64,000 nt of DNA from Eledone cirrhosa. Lineage: Eukaryota. A program made the translations under genes and the position numbers. The DNA is taken from positions 3,286,001 to 3,350,000 of the forward strand of contig OZ024764.1 of the NCBI GenBank assembly GCA_964016885.1, read 5' to 3'. How positions within the stretch are numbered: the first letter of the stretch is position 1; each line of letters begins with the position of its first letter. A model generated the notes under the pieces. It made no database searches. It had not been told where the DNA came from and worked only from the letters and a program-made list of their open reading frames with translations. Shown piece after piece: positions 11,657 to 25,649 of this stretch.

Positions 11657-14600
11657 CATCATCATCATCATCATCACCGTTTTACGTCCGTTCTTCCACG
11701 CTAGCATGGGTTAAATGCGTTGTCCTGTTGTGGGCAGTGTCTGGTCGGCTGACCATGCCTTGCTCACACGGGAACTGATTCTGGCTTGATTTCTACAGCT
11801 GGATGCCCTTCCTCATACCAACCTCATTTACAGTGTGGGCTGGGTGCTTCTTTGCCGTGGCACCTACACGTCCACTTTACAGTGAGGGCTGGGTGCTTCT
11901 TTGCCGTGGCACCTACACGTCCACTTTACAGTGAGGGCTGGGTGCTTCTTTGCCGTGGCACCTCCAAGACCACTTTACAGTGAGGGCTGGGTGCTTCTTT
12001 GCCGTGGCACCTACACGTCCACTTTACAGTGAGGGCTGGGTGCTTCTTTGCTGTGGCACGTACACGTCCACTTTACAGTGAGTGCTGGGTGCTTCTTTGC
12101 CGTGGCACCTACACGTCCACTTTACAGTGAGTGCTGGGTGCTTCTTTGCCGTGGCACCTACACGTCCACTTTACAGTGTGGGCTGGGTGCTTCTTTGCTG
12201 TGGCACCTACACGTCCACTTTACAGTGTGGGCTGGGTGCTTTTATTCCGTGGCACCTACACGTCCACTTTACAGTGTGGGCTGGGTGCTTCTTTGCTGTG
12301 GCACCTACACGTCCACTTTACAGTGTGGGCTGGGTGCTTCTTTGCTGTGGCACCTACACGTCCACTTTACAGTGTGGGCTGGGTGCTTCTTTGCTGTGGC
12401 ACCTCCACGTCCACTTTACAGTGTGAGCTGGGTGCTTCTTTGCTGTGGCACCTCCACGTCCACTTTACAGTGTGGGCTGGGTGCTTCTTTGCCGTGGCAC
12501 CTACACGTCCACTTTACAGTGTGGGCTGGGTGCTTCTTTGCCGTGGCACCTACACGTCCACTTTACAGTGAGGGCTGGGTGCTTCTTTGCTGTGGCACGT
12601 ACACGTTCACTTTACAGTGTGGGCTGGGTGCTTCTTTGCTGTGGCACCTACACGTCCACTTTACAGTGAGGGCTGGGTGCTTCTTTGCCGTGGCACCTAC
12701 ACGTCCACTTTACAGTGAGGGCTGGGTGCTTCTTTGCTGTGGCACGTACACGTTCACTTTACAGTGTGGGCTGGGTGCTTTTTTGCTGTGGCACGTACAC
12801 GTCCACTTTACAGTGTGGGCTGGGTGCTTCTTTGCTGTGGCACCTACACGTCCACTTTACAGTGAGGGCTGGGTGCTTTTTTGCTGTGGCACGTACACGT
12901 CCACTTTACAGTGTGGGCTGGGTGCTTCTTTGCTGTGGCACGTACACGTCCACTTTACAGTGTGGGCTGGGTGCTTCTTTGCTGTGGCACGTACACGTCC
13001 ACTTTACAGTGTGGGCTGGGTGCTTCTTTGCTGTGGCACGTACACGTCCACTTTACAGTGTGGGCTGGGTGCTTCTTTGCTGTGGCACGTACACGTCCAC
13101 TTTACAGTGAGGGCTGGGTGCTTCTTTGCTGTGGCACCTCCACGACCACTTTACAGTGTGGGCTGGGTGCTTCTTTGCTGTGGCACGTACACGTCCACTT
13201 TACAGTGTGGGCTGGGTGCTTCTTTGCTGTGGCACGTACACGTCCACTTTACAGTGTGGGCTGGGTGCTTCTTTGCCGTGGCACCTACATGTCCACTTTA
13301 CAGTGTGGGCTGGGTGCTTTTATTCCGTGGCACCTACACGTCCACTTTACAGTGAGGGCTGGGTGCTTCTTTGCTGTGGCACCTACACGTCCACTTTACA
13401 GTGTGGGCTGGGTGCTTCTTTGCTGTGGCACCTCCACGTCCACTTTACAGTGTGAGCTGGGTGCTTCTTTGCTGTGGCACCTCCACGTCCACTTTACAGT
13501 GTGGGCTGGGTGCTTCTTTGCCGTGGCACCTACACGTCCACTTTACAGTGTGGGCTGGGTGCTTCTTTGCCGTGGCACCTACACGTCCACTTTACAGTGA
13601 GGGCTGGGTGCTTCTTTGCTGTGGCACGTACACGTTCACTTTACAGTGTGGGCTGGGTGCTTCTTTGCTGTGGCACCTACACGTCCACTTTACAGTGAGG
13701 GCTGGGTGCTTCTTTGCCGTGGCACCTACACGTCCACTTTACAGTGAGGGCTGGGTGCTTCTTTGCTGTGGCACGTACACGTTCACTTTACAGTGTGGGC
13801 TGGGTGCTTTTTTGCTGTAGCACGTACACGTCCACTTTACAGTGTGGGCTGGGTGCTTCTTTGCTGTGGCACCTACACGTCCACTTTACAGTGAGGGCTG
13901 GGTGCTTTTTTGCTGTGGCACGTACACGTCCACTTTACAGTGTGGGCTGGGTGCTTCTTTGCTGTGGCACGTACACGTCCACTTTACAGTGTGGGCTGGG
14001 TGCTTCTTTGCTGTGGCACGTACACGTCCACTTTACAGTGTGGGCTGGGTGCTTCTTTGCTGTGGCACCTCCACGACCACTTTACAGTGTGGGCTGGGTG
14101 CTTCTTTGCTGTGGCACGTACACGTCCACTTTACAGTGTGGGCTGGGTGCTTCTTTGCTGTGGCACGTACACGTCCACTTTACAGTGTGGGCTGGGTGCT
14201 TCTTTGCCGTGGCACCTACATGTCCACTTTACAGTGTGGGCTGGGTGCTTTTATTCCGTGGCACCTACACGTCCACTTTACAGTGAGGGCTGGGTGCTTC
14301 TTTGCCGTGGCACCTACATGTCCACTTTACAGTGTGGGCTGGGTGCTTTTATTCCGTGGCACCTACACGTCCACTTTACAGTGTGGGCTGGGTGCTTTTT
14401 TGCTGTGGCACCTCCACGTCCACTTTACAGTGTGGGCTGGGTGCTTTTTTGCCGTGGCACCTACACGTCCACTTTACAGTGTGGGCTGGGTGCTTTTATT
14501 CCGTGGCACCTACACGTCCACTTTACAGTGTGGGCTGGGTGCTTTTTTGCTGTGGCACCTCCACGTCCACTTTACAGTGTGGGCTGGGTGCTTTTTTGCC

Positions 14601-16560
14601 GTGGCACCTCCACGTCCACTTTACAGTGTGGGCTGGGTGCTTTTATTCCGTGGCACCTACACGTCCACTTTACAGTGTGGGCTGGGTGCTTTTATTCCGT
14701 GGCACCTCGACGTCCACTTTACAGTGGGAGGGTGTGGGGGCATATAGTCTATATGCTTCAGCTTTGGCTTACACGTACACGTCCACTTTACAGTGTGGGC
14801 TGGGTGCTTCTTTGCTGTGGCACGTACACGTCCACTTTACAGTGTGGGCTGGGTGCTTCTTTGCTGTGGCACGTACACGTCCACTTTACAGTGTGGGCTG
14901 GGTGCTTCTTTGCTGTGGCACGTACACGTCCACTTTACAGTGAGGGCTGGGTGCTTCTTTGCTGTGGCACCTCCACGACCACTTTACAGTGTGGGCTGGG
15001 TGCTTCTTTGCTGTGGCACGTACACGTCCACTTTACAGTGTGGGCTGGGTGCTTCTTTGCTGTGGCACGTACACGTCCACTTTACAGTGTGGGCTGGGTG
15101 CTTCTTTGCCGTGGCACCTACATGTCCACTTTACAGTGTGGGCTGGGTGCTTTTATTCCGTGGCACCTACACGTCCACTTTACAGTGAGGGCTGGGTGCT
15201 TCTTTGCTGTGGCACCTACACGTCCACTTTACAGTGTGGGCTGGGTGCTTCTTTGCTGTGGCACCTCCACGTCCACTTTACAGTGTGAGCTGGGTGCTTC
15301 TTTGCTGTGGCACCTCCACGTCCACTTTACAGTGTGGGCTGGGTGCTTCTTTGCCGTGGCACCTACACGTCCACTTTACAGTGTGGGCTGGGTGCTTCTT
15401 TGCCGTGGCACCTACACGTCCACTTTACAGTGAGGGCTGGGTGCTTCTTTGCTGTGGCACGTACACGTTCACTTTACAGTGTGGGCTGGGTGCTTCTTTG
15501 CTGTGGCACCTACACGTCCACTTTACAGTGAGGGCTGGGTGCTTCTTTGCCGTGGCACCTACACGTCCACTTTACAGTGAGGGCTGGGTGCTTCTTTGCT
15601 GTGGCACGTACACGTTCACTTTACAGTGTGGGCTGGGTGCTTTTTTGCTGTGGCACGTACACGTCCACTTTACAGTGTGGGCTGGGTGCTTCTTTGCTGT
15701 GGCACCTACACGTCCACTTTACAGTGAGGGCTGGGTGCTTTTTTGCTGTGGCACGTACACGTCCACTTTACAGTGTGGGCTGGGTGCTTCTTTGCTGTGG
15801 CACGTACACGTCCACTTTACAGTGTGGGCTGGGTGCTTCTTTGCTGTGGCACGTACACGTCCACTTTACAGTGTGGGCTGGGTGCTTCTTTGCTGTGGCA
15901 CCTCCACGACCACTTTACAGTGTGGGCTGGGTGCTTCTTTGCTGTGGCACGTACACGTCCACTTTACAGTGTGGGCTGGGTGCTTCTTTGCTGTGGCACG
16001 TACACGTCCACTTTACAGTGTGGGCTGGGTGCTTCTTTGCCGTGGCACCTACATGTCCACTTTACAGTGTGGGCTGGGTGCTTTTATTCCGTGGCACCTA
16101 CACGTCCACTTTACAGTGAGGGCTGGGTGCTTCTTTGCCGTGGCACCTACATGTCCACTTTACAGTGTGGGCTGGGTGCTTTTATTCCGTGGCACCTACA
16201 CGTCCACTTTACAGTGTGGGCTGGGTGCTTTTTTGCTGTGGCACCTCCACGTCCACTTTACAGTGTGGGCTGGGTGCTTTTTTGCCGTGGCACCTACACG
16301 TCCACTTTACAGTGTGGGCTGGGTGCTTTTATTCCGTGGCACCTACACGTCCACTTTACAGTGTGGGCTGGGTGCTTTTTTGCTGTGGCACCTCCACGTC
16401 CACTTTACAGTGTGGGCTGGGTGCTTTTTTGCCGTGGCACCTCCACGTCCACTTTACAGTGTGGGCTGGGTGCTTTTATTCCGTGGCACCTACACGTCCA
16501 CTTTACAGTGTGGGCTGGGTGCTTTTATTCCGTGGCACCTCGACGTCCACTTTACAGTGG
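11657..16560 (-). repeat. SINE (family B, GAT tail) with a 49-bp minisatellite at about 11826-16560
   Basis: Unit cactttacagtgtgggctgggtgcttctttgctgtggcacctacacgtc; one interruption at about 14723-14771. Confidence 0.93.
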
Positions 16561-16609
16561 GAGGGTGTGGGGGCATATAGTCTATATGCTTCAGCTTTGG
16601 CTTATACCC

Positions 16610-16795
16610 GTGGGAAGTCGGGTCTTCTGTATTACTGCGTGACGCCAGAGGTCACAGCCGTGTGTCATCGCCCTTGAGAGGTGTAATTGAGTAAGGTCAG
16701 TTTTTATCACCTCATCCCAGGTCTCCTTGGGTCTCCCCACTCCACGGCTTCCATTGACTTCTAGTGCTCCGCACCTTTTTATACAGCTGTCATGT
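16610..16795 (-). mobile_element. RTE-type LINE 3' fragment
   Basis: Homologous to 3486-3670 (GSRGVGRPKETWDEVIKTDL...). Confidence 0.7.
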
Positions 16796-16824
16796 AGAGC
16801 TATACCTATTTGTTAGTTAATAAT

Positions 16825-17990
16825 AATAATTTTTCTACTATAGGCACAAGGCCAGCAATTTGAGGGGAAGGGAAAGTCAATTAAATCGACCCCAGTGCAT
16901 GACTGGTACTTTATTTTATCTAACCCCGTAAGGATGAAAGGCAAAGTTAACCTTGACGAGATTTGAAATCAGAACGCAAAGGGCCATAACTCCGTGCCAT
17001 TAAGAATTGTGTCTGACGGTCTACTGATTCAGCTAATCCACCATCAATCCTATATATAATTGTTTCTACTTTTTGGCACAAGGCCAGCAATTCCCCCAGT
17101 GCATTACTGGTACTTTTATTTTATCTAACCCCGTAAGGATGAAAGGCAAAGTTAACCTCAGCGGGATTTGAACTCAGACCGTAAAGGGATGTAACTCTAT
17201 GCTGCAAAGCATTGAGTCCGACCCTCTACCGATACTGCCAATCCACCTTGAAGACTGTGGGACTGTGTCAGGGATATTTTTGCTGAACCCCTTAGTAAAA
17301 TAAGTTGGATTACTTTGAATAAATAATTGTTTCTACTATTGGCACAAGGCCAGCAATTACCCAGTGTATTACTGGTACTTTATTTTATGTAGGTGCGACA
17401 GCAAAAAAGCACCCAGCCCTCACTGTAAAGTGGACGTGGGGGTGCGACAGCAAAAAAGCACCCAGCACTCACTGTAAATGAGGTTGGTGTTAGGAAGGGC
17501 ATCCAGCTGTAGAAATCAAGCCAGAATCAGTTCCCGTGTGAGCAAGACAAGGTCAGCCAACCGGACACTGCCCACAACAGGACAACCCGTCTAACCCATG
17601 CTAGCGTGGAAGAACGCACGTAAAACGGTGATGATGATGATGGCTGAATACAATTAATGTAATCTGAGTTTTTCGAATATTAATAATTGTTTCTACTTTT
17701 GGCACAAGGCCATCAATTCACCAGTACATTACTGGTACTTTATTTTATCGACCCCGTAAGGATGAAAGGCAAAGTTAACCTCGGTGGGATTTGAACTCAG
17801 AATGGCAAGGGCCGTAACTCTATGCGTGAAAGCATGGTGTCCGACCCTCTACCAATACTGCTAATCCACTGCTTATATATAATTGTTTCTACGATTGGCA
17901 CAAGGCCAGCAATTACCCCAGTGCGTGACTGGTACTTTATTTTATCGACCCCGTAAGGATGAAAGGCAAAGTTAACCTCGGCGGGATTTG
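16825..17990. mobile_element. Cluster of five family-A SINE copies or fragments (-) and one family-B copy (+, about 17400-17643)
   Basis: Repeated ctggtactttattttatcgaccccgtaaggatgaaaggcaaagttaacctc. Confidence 0.85.
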
Positions 17991-18064
17991 AATAATTGCT
18001 TATTTCAAGATTCACTTCTTTTTAAAATTTTTAAATGCCAACGCTTCCGGTTATGATATGAAGG

Positions 18065-18780
18065 CCCCACTCAGTCACGAATGACCAGGGTTTTGCCCCT
18101 AGAGAGTTTCCCCCGAGGCACAAGTCCGGGCAAGGGTGTTTGAGGAAGACCAGCAGTCAGCCATTCATACCAGTCTCCCGTCTCCACCGATGTTGTCCAA
18201 GAGAAAGGCAATGGCTGATACAGTTTGGTACCAGTGACATCATAACATATATATATATACACACAATATATATACAATATATACTATATATATTATGTAC
18301 TGTATATATACACTACATGTACACTATATGTACTATATATGTTGTCCAAGGGACAGGCAATGGCTGATACAGCTTGGTACCAGTGACATCACAACATATA
18401 TATATATTATATACACTACTATATATATACTTTACACACCATATATATATACACTACACTATATATGTTGTCCAAGGGACAGGCACTGGCTGATACAGCT
18501 TGGCACCAGTGACATCACAACATATATATACATTATATACACTACTATATATATACTTTACACACCATATATACACTACACTATATATGTTGTCCAAGGG
18601 AAAGGCAATGGCTGATACAGCTTGGTACCAGTGACATCACAACTCATTTCTACAGCTGAGTAAACTGGAGCAACGTGAAATAAAGTGACTTGCTCAAGGA
18701 AAGAACACATCACCCGGTCCGAGAATTGAACTCACAACCTCTCAATTACAAGCCCAATGCTCTAACCACTAAGCCATGCA
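18065..18780 (-). mobile_element. CORE-like tRNA-derived SINE with an internal tandem amplification
   Basis: Head gcatggcttagtggttagagc...gagttcaattc, core ccttgagcaag..actttatttcacgttgctcc; segment tgttgtccaaggga..gtgacatcacaac repeated 4 times with TA-rich linkers. Confidence 0.75.
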
Positions 18781-18911
18781 GTTATGACATAACGAACGCT
18801 ATATCACATTGCTTATATAAACATTCATATATTTGCATCATAACATATTTCGTCCCTAATTTTCTCCTTTTTAGTTTTCATAACATTTCGCTGTAATGCA
18901 GTTTATATATA

Positions 18912-19718
18912 GAACACCCAGTCCACTCTGTAAAGTGGTCATGTAGGTATCACTTCAAAAAGTACCCAGTCCACTCTGTAAAGTGGTCATGTAGGTGTCA
19001 CAACAAACAACACCCAGTCCATTCTGTAAAGTGGTCATGTAGGTGTCACAACAAAAAGTACCCAGTCCACACTGTAAAGTGGTCGTGTAGGTGTCACAAC
19101 AAAAAGTACCCAGTCCACTCTGTAAAGTGGTCATGTAGGTGTCACAACAAACAACACCCAGTCCATTCTGTAAAGTGGTCATGTAGGTGTCATAACAAAC
19201 AACACCCAGTCTACACTGTAAAGTGGTCATGTAGGTGTCACAACAAAAAGTACCCAGTCCACACTGTAAAGTGGTCATGTAGCTGTCACAACAAAAAGCA
19301 CCCAGGCCACACTGTAAAGTGGTCATGTAGGTGTCACAACAAAAAGCACCCAGTCCACACTGTAAAGTGGTCCTGTAGGTGTCACAACAAAAAGCACCCA
19401 GTCCACACTGTAAAGTGGTCGTGTAGGTGTCACAACAAAAAGTACCCAGTCCACACTGTAAAGTGGTCATGTAGGTGTCACAACAAATAGCACCCAGTCC
19501 ACTCTGTAAAGTGGTCGTGTAAGAGACACGGTAAAAAGGCGCCCAGTCCGCACTGCAAATGTGGTTGGTGTTAGGAAGGGTATCCAGCCATAGAAAACCT
19601 GCCAGAAACAGTCCTATATGAGCGAGACAAGGTCACCCGATCAATCTTGCCTCTAGTGGGACAAACCCGTCTAACCCATGCTAGCGTGGAAGATAGACAT
19701 TAAACAATGATGATGATG
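18912..19718 (+). repeat. 48-bp minisatellite (~13 units) plus family-B SINE 3' part
   Basis: Unit cacccagtccacactgtaaagtggtcatgtaggtgtcacaacaaaaag. Confidence 0.9.
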
Positions 19719-19849
19719 GTCTTTTTTTAATGTATCATGGATTACATTACAGATTACATAAGACAGTGTAACACAGTCTCTCTTCAATTTCTGTGTATAT
19801 TGTCAATTATGATTTTATTTGATGTATCATATGTACATGTATATATACT

Positions 19850-21022
19850 ATCATCATCATCATCGTTTAACGTCCATCTTCCATGCTAGCATGGGTTTAG
19901 ACGGGAGTTGTCCCACTTGAGGCAAGGTTGGTTGGCCTGCTTATATAGGACTGTCTGGCGGGTTTTCTACAGCTGGATGCCCTTCCTAACACCAACCACA
20001 TTTACAGTGTGGGACTGGGAGGTTTTTACCGTGTTACCTACTCGGTCACATTACAGCGTGGACTGTGTGTTTTTTTGTGGTGACACCTACACGACCTCAT
20101 TTGTTTCGGCCTGGATGTTGTGGCACCAACATAACTTTACATTGAAAGGGGTGGTGTGTATGGGGGTGGGGGAGTATTAAGAGGTGCCCTACACACCTTC
20201 ATTTATTTAGGACTGGATGTTGTGGTACCAACATAACTTTACATTGAAAGGGGTGGTGTGGATGGGAGTGGGGGAGTATTAAGAGGTGCCCTACACACCC
20301 TCATTTATTTAGGACTGGATGTTGTGGTACCAACATAACTTTACATTGAAAGGGGTGGTGTGGATGGGGGTGGCAGAGTATTAAGAGGTGCCCTACACAC
20401 CCTCATTTATTTAGGACTGGATGTTGTGGTACCAACATAACTTTACAGAGAAAGGGGTGGTGTGGATGGGGGTGGGGGAGTATTAAGAGGTGCCTACACG
20501 ACCCGACCTCATTTATTTAGGACTGGATGTTGTGGTACCGACATAACTTTATAGAGAAAGGGGTGGTGTGGATGGGGGTGGGGGAGTATTAAGAGGTGCC
20601 CTACACACCCTCATTTATTTAGGACTGGATGCTGTGGTACCAACATAACTTTACATTGAAAGGGGTGGTGTTGATGGGGGTGGGGGAGTATTAAGAGGTG
20701 CCCTACACACCCTCATTTATTTAGGACTGGATGCTGTGGTACCAACATAACTTTACATTGAAAGGGGTGGTGTGGATGGGGGTGGGGGAGTATTAAGAGG
20801 TGCCTACACGACCCGACCTCATTTATTTAGGACTGGATGCTGTGGTACCAACATAACTTTACATCGAAAGGGGTGGTGTGGATGGGGGTGGGGGAGTATT
20901 AAGAGGTGCCTACACGACCCGACCTCATTTATTTAGGACTGGATGCTGTGGTACCGACATAACTTTACAGAGAAAGGGGTGGTGTGGATGGGGGTGGGGG
21001 AGTATATTTGATTAAGAGGTGC
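19850..21022 (-). repeat. Family-B SINE followed by a 102-106 bp G-rich minisatellite (~9 units)
   Basis: Unit ggactggatgttgtggtaccaacataactttacattgaaaggggtggtgtggatgggggtggggg...; an unamplified version of the same segment is at 40130-40200. Confidence 0.88.
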
Positions 21023-21211
21023 CTACTGACTGTAGGTCTCACTTTGTACTTTGCACATAATATCAATATGCACACTACACATGCTAGCAGAAAACTGCCC
21101 TGGGGGTGGATTTCTGCTAGTAGATATAATAATTAGGCACAAGGCCAGCAATTTAGAGGGAAAGAGGAAGTCAGTTCTAGCGATGATATGGGAAGGAGAG
21201 AGGAATGTTAC

Positions 21212-21330
21212 CTTCAATGGACAACCTGTGTAGAATGTCCGACTGGCCGGTCAGGTGACCAAAGATCTCCGGGAACGCCTTGACAAAGTCTTCCGGGGCA
21301 ACTGTTGGGTCCGAGAATATTGCAAAGGCA
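21212..21330 (-). CDS. MTO1: MTO1 exon (119 nt)
   Basis: (S)AFAIFSDPTVAPEDFVKAFPEIFGHLTGQSDILHRLSIE(V); ends in the RL.IE motif; acceptor gtttccAG, donor GTAACA; phases 2/1 fit; not in the ORF track. Confidence 0.87.
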
Positions 21331-21367
21331 CTGGAAACAACAACAACAACAACAATCCGTAATATAA

Positions 21368-21715
21368 TGGTTTCTTATATAGGCACAAGGCCAGAAATTT
21401 TTTTTTTGGGGGGGGGGGAAGTTGATTAAATCGATTCCAGTGTATTACTGGTACTTTATTTTATCGACCCCGTAAGGATGAAAAGCAAAGTTAACCTCGG
21501 CGGGATTTGAACTCAGAATCTGTAATATAGTTGTTTCTACTTTTGGCACAAGACCAGCTATTACCCCAGTGTATTACTGGTACTTTATTTTATTGACCCC
21601 GTAAGGATGAAAGGCAAAGTTAACCTCGGTGGGATTTGAACTCAGAATGGCAAGGGCCGTAACTCAATGTGTCAAAGCATGGCGTCCAACCCTCTACCTA
21701 TACTGCCAATCCACC
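21368..21715 (-). mobile_element. Two family-A SINE copies
   Basis: Same body and A/B boxes as 4598-4780. Confidence 0.8.
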
Positions 21716-21879
21716 AATAAAAGCTGTGGGTATTTATTTATTACACAATGAGGAAGGAAGGGGTGATGACAAACTGAGGAAGAAGGGGTGAACATTTTTC
21801 GACAGGAAGATTGGCCCCACCAACCAACGGGGCCCTCTGTTTCATCATCATCCAGCAGCCTTAGCTGAAATGGACTCAA

Positions 21880-23230
21880 CAATTGATCTCCACGTGGGTC
21901 TGTCGTTCATTGTTGTTGCCAAGTCCTGGATTTCAATACCAGAATCTCTGGAGATGACATCGGGATAGGAGAGCTTGTGGCCCCTGTTATTAGTGACTGC
22001 TTGTGGTTTCTAGAGCACTAGTGGGGACACAGCCTCAGAGGTAGCACGATGGCAGTGGCCAGCAAATTGGGATAGGAGAGCTTGTGGCCCCTGTTATTAG
22101 TGACTGCTTGTGGTTTCTATAGCAGTAATGGGGACACAGCCTCAGAGGTGGCACGATGGCAGTGGCCAGCAAATTGGGATAGGAGAGCTTGTGTCCCCTG
22201 TTATTAGTGACTGCTTGTGGTTTCTATAGCAGTAATGGAGACACAGCCTCAGAGGTGGCACGATGGCAGTGGCCAGCAAATTGGGATAGGAGAGCTTGTG
22301 GCCCCTGTTATTAGTGACTGCTTGTGGTTTCTAGAGCAGTAATGGAGACACAGCCTCAGAGGTGGCACGATGGCAGTGGCCAGCAAATTGGGATAGGAGA
22401 GCTTGTGGCCCCTGTTATTAGTGACTGCTTGTGGTTTCTAGAGCACTAGTGGGGACACAGCCTCAGAGGTGGCACGATGGCAGTGGCCAGCAAATCGGGA
22501 TAGGAGAGCTTGTGGCCCCTGTTATTAGTGACTGCTTGTGGTTTCTAGAGCACTAGTGGGGACACAGCCTCAGAGGTGGCACGATGGCAGTGGCCAGCAA
22601 ATTGGGATAGGAGAGCTTGTGGCCCCTGTTATTAGTGACTGCTTGTGGTTTCTAGAGCACTAGTGGGGACACAGCCTCAGAGGTGGCATGATGGCAGTGG
22701 CCAGCAAATTGGGATAGGAGAGCTTGTGGCCCCTGTTATTAGTGACTGGTTGTGGTTTCCAAAGCACTAATAGGGACACAGCCTCAGAGGTGGCACGATG
22801 GCAGTGGCCAGCAAATCTTACTCTCCTCTTACGACAGATATGTGTGGGAGGCCGGCATATATCTCTCTCAAAGTCTGATGTCACCAGCTTTTGTTCTGAA
22901 TGTGCTGAAGCAGGCGAGTGTAGGTGACATCAAGGTAGTAGTAGTAATAGTGGTAGCAGTAGTAGTAGTAGTGTAGGTGCCATGAAGGTAGTAGTAGTAG
23001 TGTAGGTGCCATCAAGGTGCTTTTGTTGTCTGGATGAAAGCGTCCATGTTTCACTTCCATATAGCAAGATTGGTTGAATTGTGACTTGAAAGAGTCTGAT
23101 CTTGGTGTGGTTGGAAAGCAATCAACGGCAGTGATTTCAAGCAAGTCGAGGATTTCAAGTATCTTGGGGTCTGAGAAGGATTTTGCCACCAGAAAGGTCC
23201 AAGCATGGTCAGCTTGCAACAAGATGGATC
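21880..23230 (-). mobile_element. RTE-type LINE fragment containing a 107-bp minisatellite (about 21962-22815)
   Basis: TKIRLFQVTIQPILLYGSETWTLS...; RRVRFAGHCHRATSEAVSLLVLWKP; the unit is the FAGHC-LSYP segment. Confidence 0.88.
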
Positions 23231-23795
23231 GAGTTTTGTGCCCTGTACTTCAGTACAATAGTTAATCTGACACAGAGTTGTGATGACATTACTAACTGAC
23301 ACTTCTAACTTTCTATCTAGGTCTCCCTCTAGTTTATTGCTACAGCTTTACTAAACCTTATCAATTCTGCTCTAACAGCCCTGACGAATCAGGGCAAACC
23401 CATGGTCAGCTTGCAACAAGATGGATCGAGTTTTGTGCCCTGTACTTCAGTACAATAGTTAATCTGACACAGAGTTGTGATGACATTACTAACTGACACT
23501 TCTAACTTTCTATCTAGGTCTCCCTCTAGTTTATTGCTACAGCTTTACTAAACCTTATCAATTCTGCTCTAACAGCCCTGACGAATCAGGGCAAACCCAT
23601 GGTCAGCTTGCAACAAGATGGATCGAGTTTTGTGCCCTGTACTTCAGTACAATAGTTAATCTGACACAGAGTTGTGATGACATTACTAACTGACACTTCT
23701 AACTTTCTATCTAGGTCTCCCTCTAGTTTATTGCTACAGCTTTACTAAACCTTATCAATTCTGCTCTAACAGCCCTGATGAATCAGGGCAAACCA
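23203..23795. repeat. 197-bp tandem triplication
   Basis: catggtcagcttgcaac recurs at 23204, 23401 and 23598. Confidence 0.92.
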
Positions 23796-23977
23796 CTGTT
23801 GTTGATGATGGACCCTCTTAAGGACAACTGAACAATAATCTCGTCTTACAAATGTTTGCGTGCTGGGACTGACACATTCAGCTCCCAGTAACCAGGTCCC
23901 TGGATGTGATGCCAGGTTGGTTCAACCCCCGTAATGTGGTGTAGTGTACACCACACCACACAACCACAAGCACTAAC

Positions 23978-24161
23978 CTCTTAGACTGCACTTTCCTGTC
24001 CAGTACAGTTGCACTGTAGCTGCACACCTGATGTAATCTCTCTCTCCAGTTATATGCAGTGTTGAAGGTGTTCTTCAGGAGGTCGAGGTTCTCATGCAGT
24101 TCTTCCTTCATCTTTAACATCTTCTCGTATCTCTCTTCACTAACACAGCCTTGATGATAAC
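23978..24161 (-). CDS. MTO1: MTO1 exon (184 nt)
   Basis: (G)YHQGCVSEERYEKMLKMKEELHENLDLLKNTFNTAYNWRERLHQVCSYSATVLDRKVQSK(S); GY..GCVS..RY matches MTO1; acceptor ttgtAG, donor GTTAGT; phases 1/2 fit. Confidence 0.88.
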
Positions 24162-24279
24162 CTACAACAATACAACATACATACATACATACACATACAT
24201 ACATATATATATATATATATAACTCATTCATGCTCATCTCACAATATATCCTTACTTAAATTACTTGTTGTTCTTTTTA

Positions 24280-25292
24280 ATAATACATATTAACCTTTTC
24301 TTTCCATCGCACATATTATTAAACCCTTAAATATTATTCTTAATACATATCAACATTTTCTTTCCATCGCACATATTGTTAAACCCTTAAATATTATTCT
24401 TAATACATATTAACATTTTCTTTCCATCGCACATATTGTTAAACCCTTAAATATTATTCTTAATACATATTAACCTTTTCTTTCCATCGCACATATTGTT
24501 AAACCCTTAAATATTATTCTTAATACATATTAACCTTTTCTTTCCATCGCACATATTATTAAACCCTTAAATATTATTCTTAATACATATTAACCTTTTC
24601 TTTCCATCGCACATATTGTTAAACCCTTAAATATTATTCTTAATACATATTAACCTTTTCTTTCCATCGCACATATTATTAAACCCTTAAATATTATTCT
24701 TAATACATATCAACATTTTCTTTCCATCGCACATATTATTAAACCCTTAAATATTATTCTTAATACATATTAACCTTTTCTTTCCATCGCACATATTATT
24801 AAACCCTTAAATATTATTCTTAATACATATTAACATTTTCTTTCCATCGCACATATTATTAAACCCTTAAATATTATTCTTAATACATATCAACATTTTC
24901 TTTCCATCGCACATATTATTAAACCCTTAAATATTATTCTTAATACATATTAACCTTTTCTTTCCATCGCACATATTATTAAACCCTTAAATATTATTCT
25001 TAATACATATTAACCTTTTCTTTCCATCGCACATATTGTTAAACCCTTAAATATTATTCTTAATACATATTAACCTTTTCTTTCCATCGCACATATTGTT
25101 AAACCCTTAAATATTATTCTTAATACATATTAACCTTTTCTTTCCATCGCACATATTGTTAAACCCTTAAATATTATTCTTAATACATATTAACCTTTTC
25201 TTTCCATCGCACATATTATTAAACCCTTAAATATTATTCTTAATACATATTAACAATTTCTTTTCATCGCACATATTATTAAACCCTTCAAT
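24280..25292. repeat. 60-bp AT-rich minisatellite (~17 units)
   Basis: Unit tttccatcgcacatattattaaacccttaaatattattcttaatacatattaaccttttc. Confidence 0.95.
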
Positions 25293-25649
25293 ATACAAAC
25301 CTTAACTTTACATTATTTTTCTCTTCGTTAATTTTCAAATTCTTTTAATTTATATATTATCTTCCAACGGTTTTTCAACCTCTCTATGTAAAACAATATA
25401 TTTTTCTCAGTTATAAAAGCTATCTCTCTCTCTATCACCCATCTCTCCTCCTATCTCATCCTTCCTCATTATACTCCCCCCTCTCCACTTTTTACTCTCA
25501 TCTCCTCCTCTTTTTCATCCTTTCCACCCCACCTCCTCAAAATAAAATATTTTTCCCAATATCACACATCAATCTAAAGCTACTTTTCATATGTTGATTT
25601 AAAACTGCACTATTCACAAGTGTTTTTTAACCTTCATATCATGTCTTCC

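Noticed and set aside
23378-23400. CTGACGA in the 197-bp repeat as a hammerhead core
   Set aside because: Part of a simple GCCCTGA/TCAGGGC hairpin; no GAAA or stem III
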